A stretch of 64,000 nt of DNA from Chlamydiae bacterium RIFCSPLOWO2_12_FULL_45_20 (GTDB lineage: Bacteria > Chlamydiota > Chlamydiia > Chlamydiales > SM23-39): contig MGMD01000003.1 in assembly GCA_001796285.1 (NCBI GenBank), positions 19,794 to 83,793 of the forward strand, read 5' to 3'. Below, in pieces: positions 18,677 through 28,695 of the stretch. Positions within the stretch are counted from its first letter, which is position 1. Every line of letters starts with the position of its first letter. The notes under the pieces are model-generated. The model made no database searches. It was not told where the DNA came from and saw only the letters and a list, made by a program, of their open reading frames with translations. The translations under genes were made by a program, and so were the position numbers.

Positions 18677-20215
18677 TTGTATATATTTTTTTTATCCTAC
18701 GGAAAAAAGAGGGGCCCTTTGAGACAGCTGTTTTCCTTTATGGTCGCCTCGTTGACGGCCCTCTACTCAACCCTTGATCCCACATCCGTCGCACAGCACT
18801 TTGCTTTTTATGAACTGTATCCAAAAACAGTGGAAGGCAAACAGGCATTGAAAGTGGCTTGGGATCTCTTAAGCGGGGGGCGCAGCGGTTCCGACCCTGA
18901 AATGGTGCTGCCTACCTTGGATCCCAAGCCGATCATTAATTTTGTAAACCGCTCTAGCCAAACAAATTTTGAGATGCTCACTGAAGAAGAGCTCGCCGTC
19001 ATAGAGAAACTCTCTCAGCACTTGGGCAATCGCAAGCTAAAAGGGTCCCATATATGGGACCAACAGGCGCTTCTCAGTCTTCCTCCCGAAGAGATAGATC
19101 TCGCGCGCGGGCTTATGCTCGTAGAGATGGGAGGAGGAGCGGATCTAAAAAACAAAGTGAGAAGCTACGAGGCCAGTATGGACCTCATGGCTCTTCAGAT
19201 CTCTGCCAGGCTAACCAAAGAGGCGGGGCCCTTGGAAAAAATTCGAGCGATCAATGACTACATCTTTTCTGAAATGCGATTTCGCTTCCCTCCTCATTCT
19301 CTTCATGCCAAAGACATCGATGTGTACACGTTTCTTCCCTCTGTGCTTGATGGGCGGCGCGGCGTCTGTTTGGGTGTTTCCATTCTGTACTTGTGTTTGG
19401 CTCAAAGGCTCGGACTCGAATTAGAAGCAATTACCCCACCTGGGCACATCTACGTTCGCCACCGCTCTTCCGAGGGACTCATCACGAACATAGAAACAAC
19501 GGCAAGAGGGATTGACATTCCTTCAGAGAGGTACCTGGGAATAGAGACCAAAAAGCTCCAAACACGCACCATCAAAGAAGTGATTGGTCTTGCTTTTATG
19601 AACCAAGCTGCTGTCAGCTGGCATCGGGAAGATTCGAAAACTGCTGCAACGCTCTACGAAAAAGCGCAACCGTTTTTAAAAGAGGACTACCTTCTCAATA
19701 TGTTTTTAGGTTTTAACTATCTTTTTATCGGAAAAATCCAGGAAGGAAAAACCCTTTTAAAACAAGTCAAAGGCCATATTCCGGAACATGCCATAAGCGC
19801 TGACACCATTACAGAAGACTATCTTCTTGGAAGAGCGGATGCTGAGGCGATTCAAGCAGTCTACGCCGAGGTCGATGAAACGCGGGATTCGATCCTAAAA
19901 AAACAGAAAAAATTAGAAGGAGTCGTGCAGCAATTCCCCCACTTTCGGCAGGCGGTATTTCACCTAGCAGTGACCTATCTACAACTCGGACGGGAAAAAG
20001 AGGCGCTTCCCCTACTAGAAAAATATATCGAAATGAACCCCGAAGACCCCACCGTCAACTACTACATTGCAGCCATCCAGTTTCAGCGGAAAAACTTCAA
20101 TAAAGCCTGGAAGTTTTTGAAGCAATCTGAAGCGATCGTCTTTCCCAAGGATCACCAACCCAGGGCGTTAAAAGATCTTCGCAAAGCTCTTCTCCGCTCT
20201 TGTCCAGAAGCCTAA
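18677..20215 (+). CDS. Transglutaminase-like / TPR-repeat protein (SirB1/YchA-like)
   Basis: 512 aa. The transglutaminase-like core is RRGVCLGVSILYLCLAQRLGL...PGHIYVR, and the C-terminus has TPR-like repeats. It lies next to prfB, as sirB1 lies near prfA in enterics. The true start may be the internal MVASLT at 18740. Confidence 0.55.
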   Translation: MYIFFLSYGKKRGPLRQLFSFMVASLTALYSTLDPTSVAQHFAFYELYPKTVEGKQALKVAWDLLSGGRSGSDPEMVLPTLDPKPIINFVNRSSQTNFEMLTEEELAVIEKLSQHLGNRKLKGSHIWDQQALLSLPPEEIDLARGLMLVEMGGGADLKNKVRSYEASMDLMALQISARLTKEAGPLEKIRAINDYIFSEMRFRFPPHSLHAKDIDVYTFLPSVLDGRRGVCLGVSILYLCLAQRLGLELEAITPPGHIYVRHRSSEGLITNIETTARGIDIPSERYLGIETKKLQTRTIKEVIGLAFMNQAAVSWHREDSKTAATLYEKAQPFLKEDYLLNMFLGFNYLFIGKIQEGKTLLKQVKGHIPEHAISADTITEDYLLGRADAEAIQAVYAEVDETRDSILKKQKKLEGVVQQFPHFRQAVFHLAVTYLQLGREKEALPLLEKYIEMNPEDPTVNYYIAAIQFQRKNFNKAWKFLKQSEAIVFPKDHQPRALKDLRKALLRSCPEA

Positions 20216-20622
20216 AATCCCTTATAGTCGCTGTTATGTTCATCTTTCTACTTGTTACAGCATTGACTGCTTTCGATGCTAAAATGAGCGACAGGGAACT
20301 CCAAAAGACGGGGGTCTCTAGGCTAAGCCTTCCTGAAAAAAAGGCTCTCCACGAGTGGATCGAAGAACATTATGAAAAAAAAGTGATGGCTCAAAATCAA
20401 CAAAAAGAACCCCAGCTCCAAGAAAATCTGAACAATGGGAGTCTGATTCGGCTTACTGATAATACCCTTTGGAAAATCGCTCCCAAGGACACTCCCGTAA
20501 CGCAAGGGTGGATTACCCAGGTCGAAATCAAAATCTCCAAAAGCGAAGATGAAAACTATCCTTTTCTTCTCACTAATTCACTGACTGGATCCTCAGTAAA
20601 AGCGCAGAAAGTTCCGATATAA
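20200..20622 (+). CDS. Hypothetical exported/membrane-anchored protein
   Basis: 140 aa. The N-terminal hydrophobic segment is LIVAVMFIFLLVTALTAF. No family was recognised. Confidence 0.4.
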   Translation: MSRSLKSLIVAVMFIFLLVTALTAFDAKMSDRELQKTGVSRLSLPEKKALHEWIEEHYEKKVMAQNQQKEPQLQENLNNGSLIRLTDNTLWKIAPKDTPVTQGWITQVEIKISKSEDENYPFLLTNSLTGSSVKAQKVPI

Positions 20623-20637
20623 AAGGAGAAAGAACAT

Positions 20638-23226
20638 ATGGCTAGCCCACAATTCACAGAAGCTGTTCAAAAAGCCATCGAAGAAGCATTTCAGACCGCA
20701 AAAGACCGCCTACATACAGAAGTAACAGACAATCACCTACTCCGCTCGCTTCTCTTAGAATCAGGGGGGTATTTTCGCTCCATTATAGAAAAAGTGGGCC
20801 TGGATCCGCTCCTTTTAGAGCCTCGATTAGAAAGCGCTCTGCAGTCCCTCCCTACGTTTTCTGAGCCCGGCACTGCCCCTCAGGTATCAACCGGATTGCA
20901 GAAAAAAATTCAGCTCGCTGAAAAACAAGCAAAAGCGCTAGGCGACACCTACATCAGTAGCGATCACCTCTTTCTCGCCTTTTGGGAAAATCCTCAAGAA
21001 CCTTTTGCCTCCTGGGCCAAACCCGTAAAAAAATCACTAAAAGATATAGTCCATGAAATCAAAGAGCTTCGGGGTGGCAGTACCATGGACTCCCCGAACG
21101 CGGAAGGCAATCTACAGGCCCTCGAGAAATACTGTAAAAATCTCACCGAGCTTGCCAAGAAAGGAAAACTTGATCCTGTCATTGGCCGAGAGGAAGAGAT
21201 CCGCCGCACGATTCAGGTTCTTTCCAGAAGAACCAAAAACAACCCTATGCTCATTGGCGATCCTGGCGTCGGGAAAACAGCCATTGCCGAAGGGCTAGCC
21301 GGCCGAATTGTTCAGGGAGATGTACCCGACTCTTTAAAACACAAAGAGCTTCTTGTCTTAGATATGGGAAGTCTCATTGCAGGAACCAAATTTAGAGGAG
21401 AATTTGAAGAAAGACTGAAGAGCATCATCGATGAGATCGAAAAAAGTGAAGGCAATATTATCCTTTTCATCGATGAGGTTCATACGCTAGTCGGTGCCGG
21501 CGCTGCAGAAGGTTCAATGGACGCAGCGAACTTGTTAAAACCTGCGCTTGCAAGAGGGCTTCTTCACTGTATTGGCGCGACCACCTTGAATGAATACCAA
21601 AAATACATCGAAAAAGATGCAGCTTTAGAGCGGCGCTTTCAGCCCGTCATGGTCTCAGAACCCTCTTTAGAAGATGCGATTTCTATTTTAAGGGGGCTGA
21701 AAGAGCGCTTTGAGATTTTCCATGGTGTCAGGATCACTGAAAAGGCCCTTCATGCAGCAGTATTTCTTTCTTTTCGCTACATTCCAGATCGGAGGCTTCC
21801 CGATAAAGCCATTGATCTAATCGATGAGGCAGCAAGCCTGATCCGAATGCAAATTGGCTCGCTTCCGTTGCCCATCGATCAAAAGGAACGAGAGCTTGCG
21901 GGGCTGATTGTCAAGCAAGAGGCAACGAAAGAAAAAACCGATGAGGCAAAAATCGCCAAGCTCAAAGAGGAACTAAATACCCTCCGCGCCCAATGGAAAA
22001 AAGAAAAAGAACTCATCGAAGAGTTGAAAAAGAAAAAAAATGCACTTGAAAAACTCCGTTTTCAGGAAGAAGAAGCGGAGCGGCAGGTCGATTACAATAA
22101 GGTAGCCGAGATCCGATATGCCAAAATCCCCGCAATGACAAGAGAACTGGAAGCTTCTCAAAAAGCGCTCGGGAGCTTAAAAAATCGGCTGCTACAAGAA
22201 GAGGTCGATGAACACCTGGTAGCCCAGATCGTTGCCAAATGGACCCGTATTCCAGTCGAAAAAATGCTTGAAAAAGAGATGCAAAAAATTCTGGAGCTCG
22301 AAAAATATTTAGAAAAGCGAGTAGTAGGTCAATCTTTAGCAGTCAAAGCGGTCAGCGAGGCCATTCGAAGGTCGCGGGCCGGTCTCAGCGATCCAAACCG
22401 CCCCATCGGCGTCTTTCTCTTTGTAGGACCGACTGGCGTAGGAAAAACGGAACTGGTTAAAGCGTTAGCTGAACAGCTCTTCGATAGGGAAGATGCCATC
22501 CTTCGTCTCGACATGTCAGAATACATGGAAAAACACAGTGTATCAAGACTCGTCGGCTCGCCGCCAGGCTATATCGGCTACGAAGAAGGAGGCCAACTGA
22601 CGGAAGCTCTTCGAAGAAAGCCTTACTCTGTTGTCTTACTGGATGAGCTTGAAAAAGCACATCACGATATCTTTAATATTCTCCTTCAAATTTTCGATGA
22701 GGGACACCTCACCGATAGCAAAGGAAGGAAAGTCAACTGTAAAAACGCCTTATTCATCATGACCTCCAATTTGGGATCAGATCTCTTATTGAAAAAAACG
22801 GCCAAGACCAAAGAAGACCTCCTCACAGTGATCGATCCTATTTTAAAAAAGACGTTTCGACCAGAGTTTTTGAACCGGCTCGATGAAGTCCTTCCCTTTC
22901 TTCCGCTAAAACTTGAAGCGATGGAAACCATTGTCGCTCTCCAACTCAAAAAACTAGCGGATCGATTGGAGGATCGACAAATCACCCTCCAATGGGATCC
23001 AAAGGTAGTGGAGCACCTAGCTAAAGAGGGGTATGACCCCGACTTTGGAGCCCGCCCCTTAAAGCGGCTCATCCAACAGGAAGTGGTAAATCTTTTTTCC
23101 ACCGCGATCCTGGAGAATAAAATTCCTAAAAATAGCCTAGTCCATCTTCACGGGACAAAAGAGGGAGAATCCTTTCAGCTGAAATTTAATGTGTCAAATA
23201 GAGGGTTGCTGTCAAATTCAGTTTAA
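20638..23226 (+). CDS. clpB: ATP-dependent chaperone ClpB
   Basis: 862 aa. It has two AAA+ modules (GDPGVGKTAIAEGLA and GPTGVGKTELVKALA), a long middle coiled coil, and a strong AAGGAG RBS. Confidence 0.95.
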   Translation: MASPQFTEAVQKAIEEAFQTAKDRLHTEVTDNHLLRSLLLESGGYFRSIIEKVGLDPLLLEPRLESALQSLPTFSEPGTAPQVSTGLQKKIQLAEKQAKALGDTYISSDHLFLAFWENPQEPFASWAKPVKKSLKDIVHEIKELRGGSTMDSPNAEGNLQALEKYCKNLTELAKKGKLDPVIGREEEIRRTIQVLSRRTKNNPMLIGDPGVGKTAIAEGLAGRIVQGDVPDSLKHKELLVLDMGSLIAGTKFRGEFEERLKSIIDEIEKSEGNIILFIDEVHTLVGAGAAEGSMDAANLLKPALARGLLHCIGATTLNEYQKYIEKDAALERRFQPVMVSEPSLEDAISILRGLKERFEIFHGVRITEKALHAAVFLSFRYIPDRRLPDKAIDLIDEAASLIRMQIGSLPLPIDQKERELAGLIVKQEATKEKTDEAKIAKLKEELNTLRAQWKKEKELIEELKKKKNALEKLRFQEEEAERQVDYNKVAEIRYAKIPAMTRELEASQKALGSLKNRLLQEEVDEHLVAQIVAKWTRIPVEKMLEKEMQKILELEKYLEKRVVGQSLAVKAVSEAIRRSRAGLSDPNRPIGVFLFVGPTGVGKTELVKALAEQLFDREDAILRLDMSEYMEKHSVSRLVGSPPGYIGYEEGGQLTEALRRKPYSVVLLDELEKAHHDIFNILLQIFDEGHLTDSKGRKVNCKNALFIMTSNLGSDLLLKKTAKTKEDLLTVIDPILKKTFRPEFLNRLDEVLPFLPLKLEAMETIVALQLKKLADRLEDRQITLQWDPKVVEHLAKEGYDPDFGARPLKRLIQQEVVNLFSTAILENKIPKNSLVHLHGTKEGESFQLKFNVSNRGLLSNSV

Positions 23227-23265
23227 TGCTAGCATGAGTCCTCAATTTGGATTAAGGAAATTGGT

Positions 23266-23541
23266 ATGTCAAGAATTTGCCCCGTTACTGGGAAAAAAAC
23301 TCGGGCTGGCCGCAGCTATTCCCTTCGAGGGATTGCGAAGAAAAAGAAAGGAATCGGCCTAAAGATCACAGGAAAGACCCACCGAAGATTCCGGCCGAAC
23401 CTAAAGACGAAACGCCTCTGGGTTCCAGAAGAGAAACGATTTATCACGCTTCGCCTTTCGACGTCAGCTCTTCGGACCATTGATAAAAATGGGATTGGAG
23501 CGGTCATCCATAAGATGCGGAAAGAAGGGCAGAGAGTCTAA
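23266..23541 (+). CDS. rpmB: 50S ribosomal protein L28
   Basis: 91 aa and basic. The N-terminus MSRICPVTGKKTRAGRSYS matches the L28 consensus MSRVCxVTGK. Confidence 0.85.
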   Translation: MSRICPVTGKKTRAGRSYSLRGIAKKKKGIGLKITGKTHRRFRPNLKTKRLWVPEEKRFITLRLSTSALRTIDKNGIGAVIHKMRKEGQRV

Positions 23542-23550
23542 GTCGGCGGG

Positions 23551-24582
23551 TTGAAAAATCAAGAAAATTTGTCCCCACCACCGCCGCCATCTTCCAGGGA
23601 ACGCAGATTTCCCTGGGGGCTTCTTTTAGTTGTCGTTTTTGTCTCCTGGTTCGTGTGGAATTCTCTTGTTCCGAGCCTGCCAGAGCCCAATAAAGCGCCC
23701 AAGCTTTACTCGAATCAATGCCAGCAAGACATTCGATCTACCCTACTGAGCGCCATTCAGGCAGCAGATCATTCCATCTACTTAGTCATGTTCGGCTTGA
23801 GCGACCGCGCTATTTTAAGCGCCCTATCGAAAAAGATCCGAGAACAAGTGCCTACGAAAATTTTCTATGACCGCTCAGGCTCTTTGAACCTCTCCCGCTA
23901 TCTTCGCGGCGGAGATATTTACCCTATCAAAAATGTGGGCCTGATGCACCAAAAAATTTTAATCCTCGATCATCAAACTGTTTTTATAGGCTCTGCCAAT
24001 ATGACTACAGCCTCACTCAGAATGCACGACAACCTCATGATCGGCTTTGTGAGTAAGCCCATCGCCCAATTTTTACAAGAGCACGAGCCCTACACCTCAG
24101 GGTATTTCAAATCCGCTGTCGGAGGCCAAGAGGTAGAACTTTGGCTGCTACCAGACCCTCGAGGACACGCGCTGAGCGAGCTTAGAAAAAAAATTAGAAC
24201 AGCCCGGAAGTCGATCCAAATTGCCCTATTTACCTTTACACACCCAGCTCTTGTAGAAGAGGTCATTGCGGCCCATCAGCGAGGGGTCCATGTTTCCGTG
24301 ATCGTCGACCTACACTCTGGGCTGGGCGCCAGCGCAAAAGCCGTAGAAAAACTGAAAGAGGCACATGTCCCTGTGCTCTTAAGCCAGGGAGTGCAGCTTC
24401 TCCATCACAAATTTATCTACATCGATGAAAGCACCCTCCTGACTGGCTCAGCGAATTGGACCAAATCTGCCTTTTATAAAAATAGCGACTGCATTATCGC
24501 CCTTCACCGATTGAATCCGGATCAAAAAAAGTTCATGAGCCGACTGTGGACTAGTATCGAGGCGAATGCGTCAGAAAAATAG
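23551..24582 (+). CDS. Phospholipase D superfamily protein (two HKD motifs), membrane anchored
   Basis: 343 aa. It has an N-terminal TM segment (WGLLLVVVFVSWFVW) and two HKD motifs: LMHQKILILDHQTVFIGSANMT and LLHHKFIYIDESTLLTGSANWT. Confidence 0.9.
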   Translation: MKNQENLSPPPPPSSRERRFPWGLLLVVVFVSWFVWNSLVPSLPEPNKAPKLYSNQCQQDIRSTLLSAIQAADHSIYLVMFGLSDRAILSALSKKIREQVPTKIFYDRSGSLNLSRYLRGGDIYPIKNVGLMHQKILILDHQTVFIGSANMTTASLRMHDNLMIGFVSKPIAQFLQEHEPYTSGYFKSAVGGQEVELWLLPDPRGHALSELRKKIRTARKSIQIALFTFTHPALVEEVIAAHQRGVHVSVIVDLHSGLGASAKAVEKLKEAHVPVLLSQGVQLLHHKFIYIDESTLLTGSANWTKSAFYKNSDCIIALHRLNPDQKKFMSRLWTSIEANASEK

Positions 24583-24621
24583 ATGCAAAAAATCTGTTCG
24601 ATCGACTAACATTGACCTCCT

Positions 24622-24966
24622 TTGCTAACCCAAGTGAGTAGCCGCTTGACCATACCCCTCAAACAAGACCCCTGGGCTTCTTCAGAGGCTGCATTAGAAA
24701 CTTGTAAGTGTTGCATACAAAAGAAAGAATGGCTAAGGGCCATCGTCACAGCTAAGAGCATCCAGGTGGATCTCTACAAACGCACAGCCTTTTTCCATCT
24801 CTATCAAGGCTATGTGGTAAATGGTCGGCCAATTCCCCCCCTAATTAAAAAGGAATTCCAGGCTTTGACCACCCCTCCTCCGATCGCATCCGAGCCGGTC
24901 TCTCCTGAAGCTCAATTCGATCAAGAGTATATCTTCCAACTTTTAAAGAGTATCAAGACACCGTGA
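24622..24966 (+). CDS. Hypothetical protein
   Basis: 114 aa with a TTG start in the track. Its stop overlaps the GTG start of the next ORF, which suggests translational coupling. No family was recognised. Confidence 0.35.
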   Translation: MLTQVSSRLTIPLKQDPWASSEAALETCKCCIQKKEWLRAIVTAKSIQVDLYKRTAFFHLYQGYVVNGRPIPPLIKKEFQALTTPPPIASEPVSPEAQFDQEYIFQLLKSIKTP

Positions 24967-26465
24967 TACTGCAGCCGCTCAGTTACCCATCAGTCACGAC
25001 AAAGCTAGAAAACGGTATAAATAACTATTTCAATCTCAGAAACTCCTCCATTGTAGAAACGATTTTAAAAGTGGCCTCCTATGCCACTCTGATTCTTCCT
25101 CTCATTGTCTTGGCACTCCAGTGGTATCTGAAAGCTTCCTCCCCTATCATCATCGCTCCCGTATCAGTGATCGCCCCCATCCCCTTGGATGCCAAGATCG
25201 AAGCTGTTATCGGACAAACCCCAGCCTTTAATGGGTACCGCATTGGCCGCTCAACCCCTTATGAGGGCATTACTCTCACAACCCCTACTATTCGCCCGGC
25301 AAATTTGTTGCTCCACGCCATTTTTGGGAACGGGTGCACGACTCTGCCAGGCTCGGGAGAACTATTTCGCTTTACCCGCCCCCATAAAGGGCTGAGAGAC
25401 CAGATCAACAATACCCCACCCGAACAAGTTGTAGAGGTTTCTGCACGAGGAGTTCCTGGGAAGATTGGGGAGGTAGATGTACCCGATCTAGCGAGTCTTT
25501 ATGGAGAGAAAACCTTTAAAATCTCTTACAAGGAGCTCCAAGGAACACTGGCAAGTCGTAGGGTTTATTGTGCACCGAGCCTTCCCATGCTGTTTTATCA
25601 AGGCTTGAAAGCTGCCATGCAGCAAGACCAGATCGTCATCCTACCCGGCAATGACCAAACCCCCTGCAAGACCGGGGATTTTCCGACACCTGCCTGCCAA
25701 GCTTTTCTGAAGCAAGTACGACTCAATCCAACAAAGTGGGGCTTTCACAGTGCCGATGACTGCGAGAAAATGTTCACCCTCTCCCTCTATCAACTTGGTT
25801 CTTTCGTAGTCAAGACAGAAGATTTTCGAATCCTCCTTGATCAAAATGGAAAACTGCGAGAAAGAGAACCCGGTCAACCAGATGCCATCCGCCTCATCAA
25901 CCTGTGCGGTATCCGCGGTCTTTCTCAAACGCCTGGGGACATCAACCGGCAGATCATGAAAGAAACATTTCAGACGGGTCTCCAAGCCGCAGGGGATGGG
26001 TTTTTCATACTACCCGCTGTGGGCATGGGTATTTGGGGAGGCGACCCCGATCTCTACTGGAGAGCGCTTCTCGATGCAGTAGTCGACTGTCAGGCGCCTA
26101 TTGAAAAAATTTTCATCAACCCAGGCCACCAACAAACGCAGAGAGGATCCTACCGGGGATGCAATGGGAATGAATTCAACCATATCTTCGGTGAATATCT
26201 GGATCGCTATAAAAACGACCCCGCTTCTTACGCCAAACTCCAAAACATCATCAATCTCCATGCTAAAAGCACAGATATCGTTCACCTAGCCCAGCATTTG
26301 AAGGCAGCCTATCCTAACAAAAGCGTCTCCTTGGTCAACGCCTCTGATCCTGACGTGACCCTTGGCAATCATGTAGGTCAATATGTCAACAATCTAAACC
26401 ATCCGTACACCACTGAAGAGAACCTCTCGGCGTTGGGGACAAACCCGCTCCTAATAATTTACTAG
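24963..26465 (+). CDS. Hypothetical membrane-anchored protein with macro/PARG-like sequence motifs
   Basis: 500 aa. It has an N-terminal TM segment (ASYATLILPLIVLALQWYL). The motifs are FILPAVGMGIWGGDP (nt 26016-26048) and SLVNASDPDVTLGNHVG...TTEEN (nt 26331-26423). See findings. Confidence 0.5.
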   Translation: MILQPLSYPSVTTKLENGINNYFNLRNSSIVETILKVASYATLILPLIVLALQWYLKASSPIIIAPVSVIAPIPLDAKIEAVIGQTPAFNGYRIGRSTPYEGITLTTPTIRPANLLLHAIFGNGCTTLPGSGELFRFTRPHKGLRDQINNTPPEQVVEVSARGVPGKIGEVDVPDLASLYGEKTFKISYKELQGTLASRRVYCAPSLPMLFYQGLKAAMQQDQIVILPGNDQTPCKTGDFPTPACQAFLKQVRLNPTKWGFHSADDCEKMFTLSLYQLGSFVVKTEDFRILLDQNGKLREREPGQPDAIRLINLCGIRGLSQTPGDINRQIMKETFQTGLQAAGDGFFILPAVGMGIWGGDPDLYWRALLDAVVDCQAPIEKIFINPGHQQTQRGSYRGCNGNEFNHIFGEYLDRYKNDPASYAKLQNIINLHAKSTDIVHLAQHLKAAYPNKSVSLVNASDPDVTLGNHVGQYVNNLNHPYTTEENLSALGTNPLLIIY

Positions 26466-26502
26466 CAGCCAAACGCTTCTGCGTTGTACTATTGTAGCTG
26501 CA

Positions 26503-27114
26503 ATGTACGACCAGTCTTTATTTTATGTCGCCTTTTCCCTCTTCCTATTGATGGATCCTATTGGAAACATCCCGTTTTATATCAGTTTTTTACGAGGGAT
26601 TGAGCCAAAACGACAACGCGTCATTATTTTGAGAGAACTGGTCATTGCCCTGCTCATTATCTTTCTTTTTACTTTTCTTGGTAGCGAGCTCATGGTATTT
26701 CTTCAAATCGACAATAATACCATTCAAATTGCTGGTGGCATCGTCCTCTTTCTCCTCTGTCTGAAGATGATTTTTCCCCCTCCGCGCAACCAAAGTGAGG
26801 GGCTCTCTCATGATCCAGAGCCCTTTATCGTACCTTTAGCAGTCCCCTTAGTGGCAGGGCCGGCTGTTCTTGCCGCAGTGATCATTTACTCTAAGCAAGT
26901 AGAGAGTACGATGGTCATGCTGAGTGCCATTCTCATTGCTTGGTTTGCCTCTCTTCTCATTCTGTTAGCCTCTTCTCAGCTAAAAAAAGTGTTGGGCACC
27001 AGGGGGATTACGGCATTGGAAAGATTGATGGGGCTGATCCTGATTTTGATCTCCGTCCAAATGTTTTTAAGCGGCCTTGGCGGCTACATTGTAAAGTACC
27101 AGAGTCATGTATAA
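26503..27114 (+). CDS. MarC family (UPF0056) integral membrane protein
   Basis: 203 aa and polytopic. The N-terminal MDPIGNIPFYISFL matches the MarC-family signature. Confidence 0.8.
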   Translation: MYDQSLFYVAFSLFLLMDPIGNIPFYISFLRGIEPKRQRVIILRELVIALLIIFLFTFLGSELMVFLQIDNNTIQIAGGIVLFLLCLKMIFPPPRNQSEGLSHDPEPFIVPLAVPLVAGPAVLAAVIIYSKQVESTMVMLSAILIAWFASLLILLASSQLKKVLGTRGITALERLMGLILILISVQMFLSGLGGYIVKYQSHV

Positions 27115-27823
27115 AGCAGTTCTTTCCTACAAGGGCACCCGATACTTTGGCTGGCAAAAAACGAACATGGGTCCGAGCATCCAAGATACCGTGGAACAAG
27201 CCCTTTTGAGAGTGACACAAGAGCCTACTGCTGTAGCTGCAGCAAGCCGTACAGATCGTGGAGTTCATGCTATGGGACAAATCGTGCAATTTGCACTCAG
27301 AGAACCGTGGGAGCCGGCGAAGCTGCTTGCCGCTTTGAATGGGGTGCTTCCTTGTGACATCCGTATGCTTCACATCGAAAGAAAGGAATTTCACCCAACT
27401 CTCGATGCGGTGCAAAAAGAATATTTCTATAAAGTCTCCACCGAAGAGGTACAAGATCCCCATGACAGACTTTTTTCTTGGCATGTCTACTACCCCATCG
27501 ATGACTACAAAATCAAAAAGGGCTGCCAAGAGCTCTCCGGAACCCATGATTTTAGTGCTTTTTGCAACTACAAGAAAGAGGGCAGGGGCAACCCGGTCTG
27601 CCATCTGGAATCGATCCTTTTTGATGGAACTGCCTTCCACATCCGCGGCGATCGGTTCCTCTATAAAATGGTACGCAATCTCGTGGGGACGTTGATCTAC
27701 ATAGGGGCAGGTAAACTCGGTTCAGCCAAAGAAATTTTATCCTCTAAAGATAGAAAGCGTGCGGGAATTACAGCTCCTGCACACGGCCTTTATTTACACC
27801 AAGTTTTTTATCCTGTAACATAG
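27107..27823 (+). CDS. truA: tRNA pseudouridine(38-40) synthase
   Basis: 238 aa. It has SYKGTRYFGWQ, the catalytic Asp motif ASRTDRGVHAMGQ, and RFLYKMVRNLVG. Confidence 0.9.
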   Translation: MYKAVLSYKGTRYFGWQKTNMGPSIQDTVEQALLRVTQEPTAVAAASRTDRGVHAMGQIVQFALREPWEPAKLLAALNGVLPCDIRMLHIERKEFHPTLDAVQKEYFYKVSTEEVQDPHDRLFSWHVYYPIDDYKIKKGCQELSGTHDFSAFCNYKKEGRGNPVCHLESILFDGTAFHIRGDRFLYKMVRNLVGTLIYIGAGKLGSAKEILSSKDRKRAGITAPAHGLYLHQVFYPVT

Positions 27824-27828
27824 CGAAG

Positions 27829-28695
27829 ATGATTGGGCGAAATGACTCCTGTTGGTGTGGAAGCGGCAAGAAATGGAAAAAATGCCATTATCCTGAGTTT
27901 CCTGCCGATCTCACTCTAGCGCAGCAATACTTAAAGAACTACCGCATTGTTCTAAAAACTCCCGAACAAGTGGAAAAGATCGGAAGAGCTTGCAAAATAA
28001 CTGCGAAGATCCTGGATGAACTGTGTAAAGCAGCAAAACCAGGGGTTACAACACAGAGCCTCGATGAGTTATCCAGGCAATTGCACAGCAAAGCGGGTGC
28101 TACGCCCGCCCCCCTCGGTTATGGCAGCCCTCCGTATCCGAAAAGCATTTGTACTTCGCTCAACGAAGTGATTTGCCATGGGATTCCCGATGAGCGTCCC
28201 TTACAAGAAGGCGATATTCTGAACATTGATGTGTCCTCTATTGTCGATGGCTTCTTTGGCGACTGCAGCCGCATGGTCATGATTGGCAATGTATCGGAGG
28301 AGAAAAGGCACGTCGTAGAAGTTGCTTTACGGTGCCTGAACCTAGCCATAAATGTGTGTAGACCTGGGAACGCCATCTGGCAAATTGGAAAAGCCATCGA
28401 AGACTATGCGACTAGCTGTGGGTGCTCGGTGGTGAATCAATTCGTGGGCCACGGTGTGGGGATTTCCTTTCATGAGCCACCGGAAATTCCTCACCATTAC
28501 AATCAAATCATGACCCCCTTCGCCCCGGGAATGATTTTCACAATTGAACCGATGATCAATGCTGGAGTTAGAGAAGGCATCCTAGACCCTAAGGATCGTT
28601 GGACTGTAAGAACCAAAGATCTCAAACCCTCAGCACAGTGGGAGCATACCCTTCTCATCACAGAAAAAGGCCATGAAATTCTAACGATACCTTAG
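27829..28695 (+). CDS. map: Type I methionine aminopeptidase with N-terminal SEC-C zinc-binding motif
   Basis: 288 aa. The N-terminus has CWCGSGKKWKKCH (SEC-C-like). The MetAP core includes ICHGIP, DILNIDV, FVGHGVG and TIEPMI. Confidence 0.9.
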   Translation: MIGRNDSCWCGSGKKWKKCHYPEFPADLTLAQQYLKNYRIVLKTPEQVEKIGRACKITAKILDELCKAAKPGVTTQSLDELSRQLHSKAGATPAPLGYGSPPYPKSICTSLNEVICHGIPDERPLQEGDILNIDVSSIVDGFFGDCSRMVMIGNVSEEKRHVVEVALRCLNLAINVCRPGNAIWQIGKAIEDYATSCGCSVVNQFVGHGVGISFHEPPEIPHHYNQIMTPFAPGMIFTIEPMINAGVREGILDPKDRWTVRTKDLKPSAQWEHTLLITEKGHEILTIP

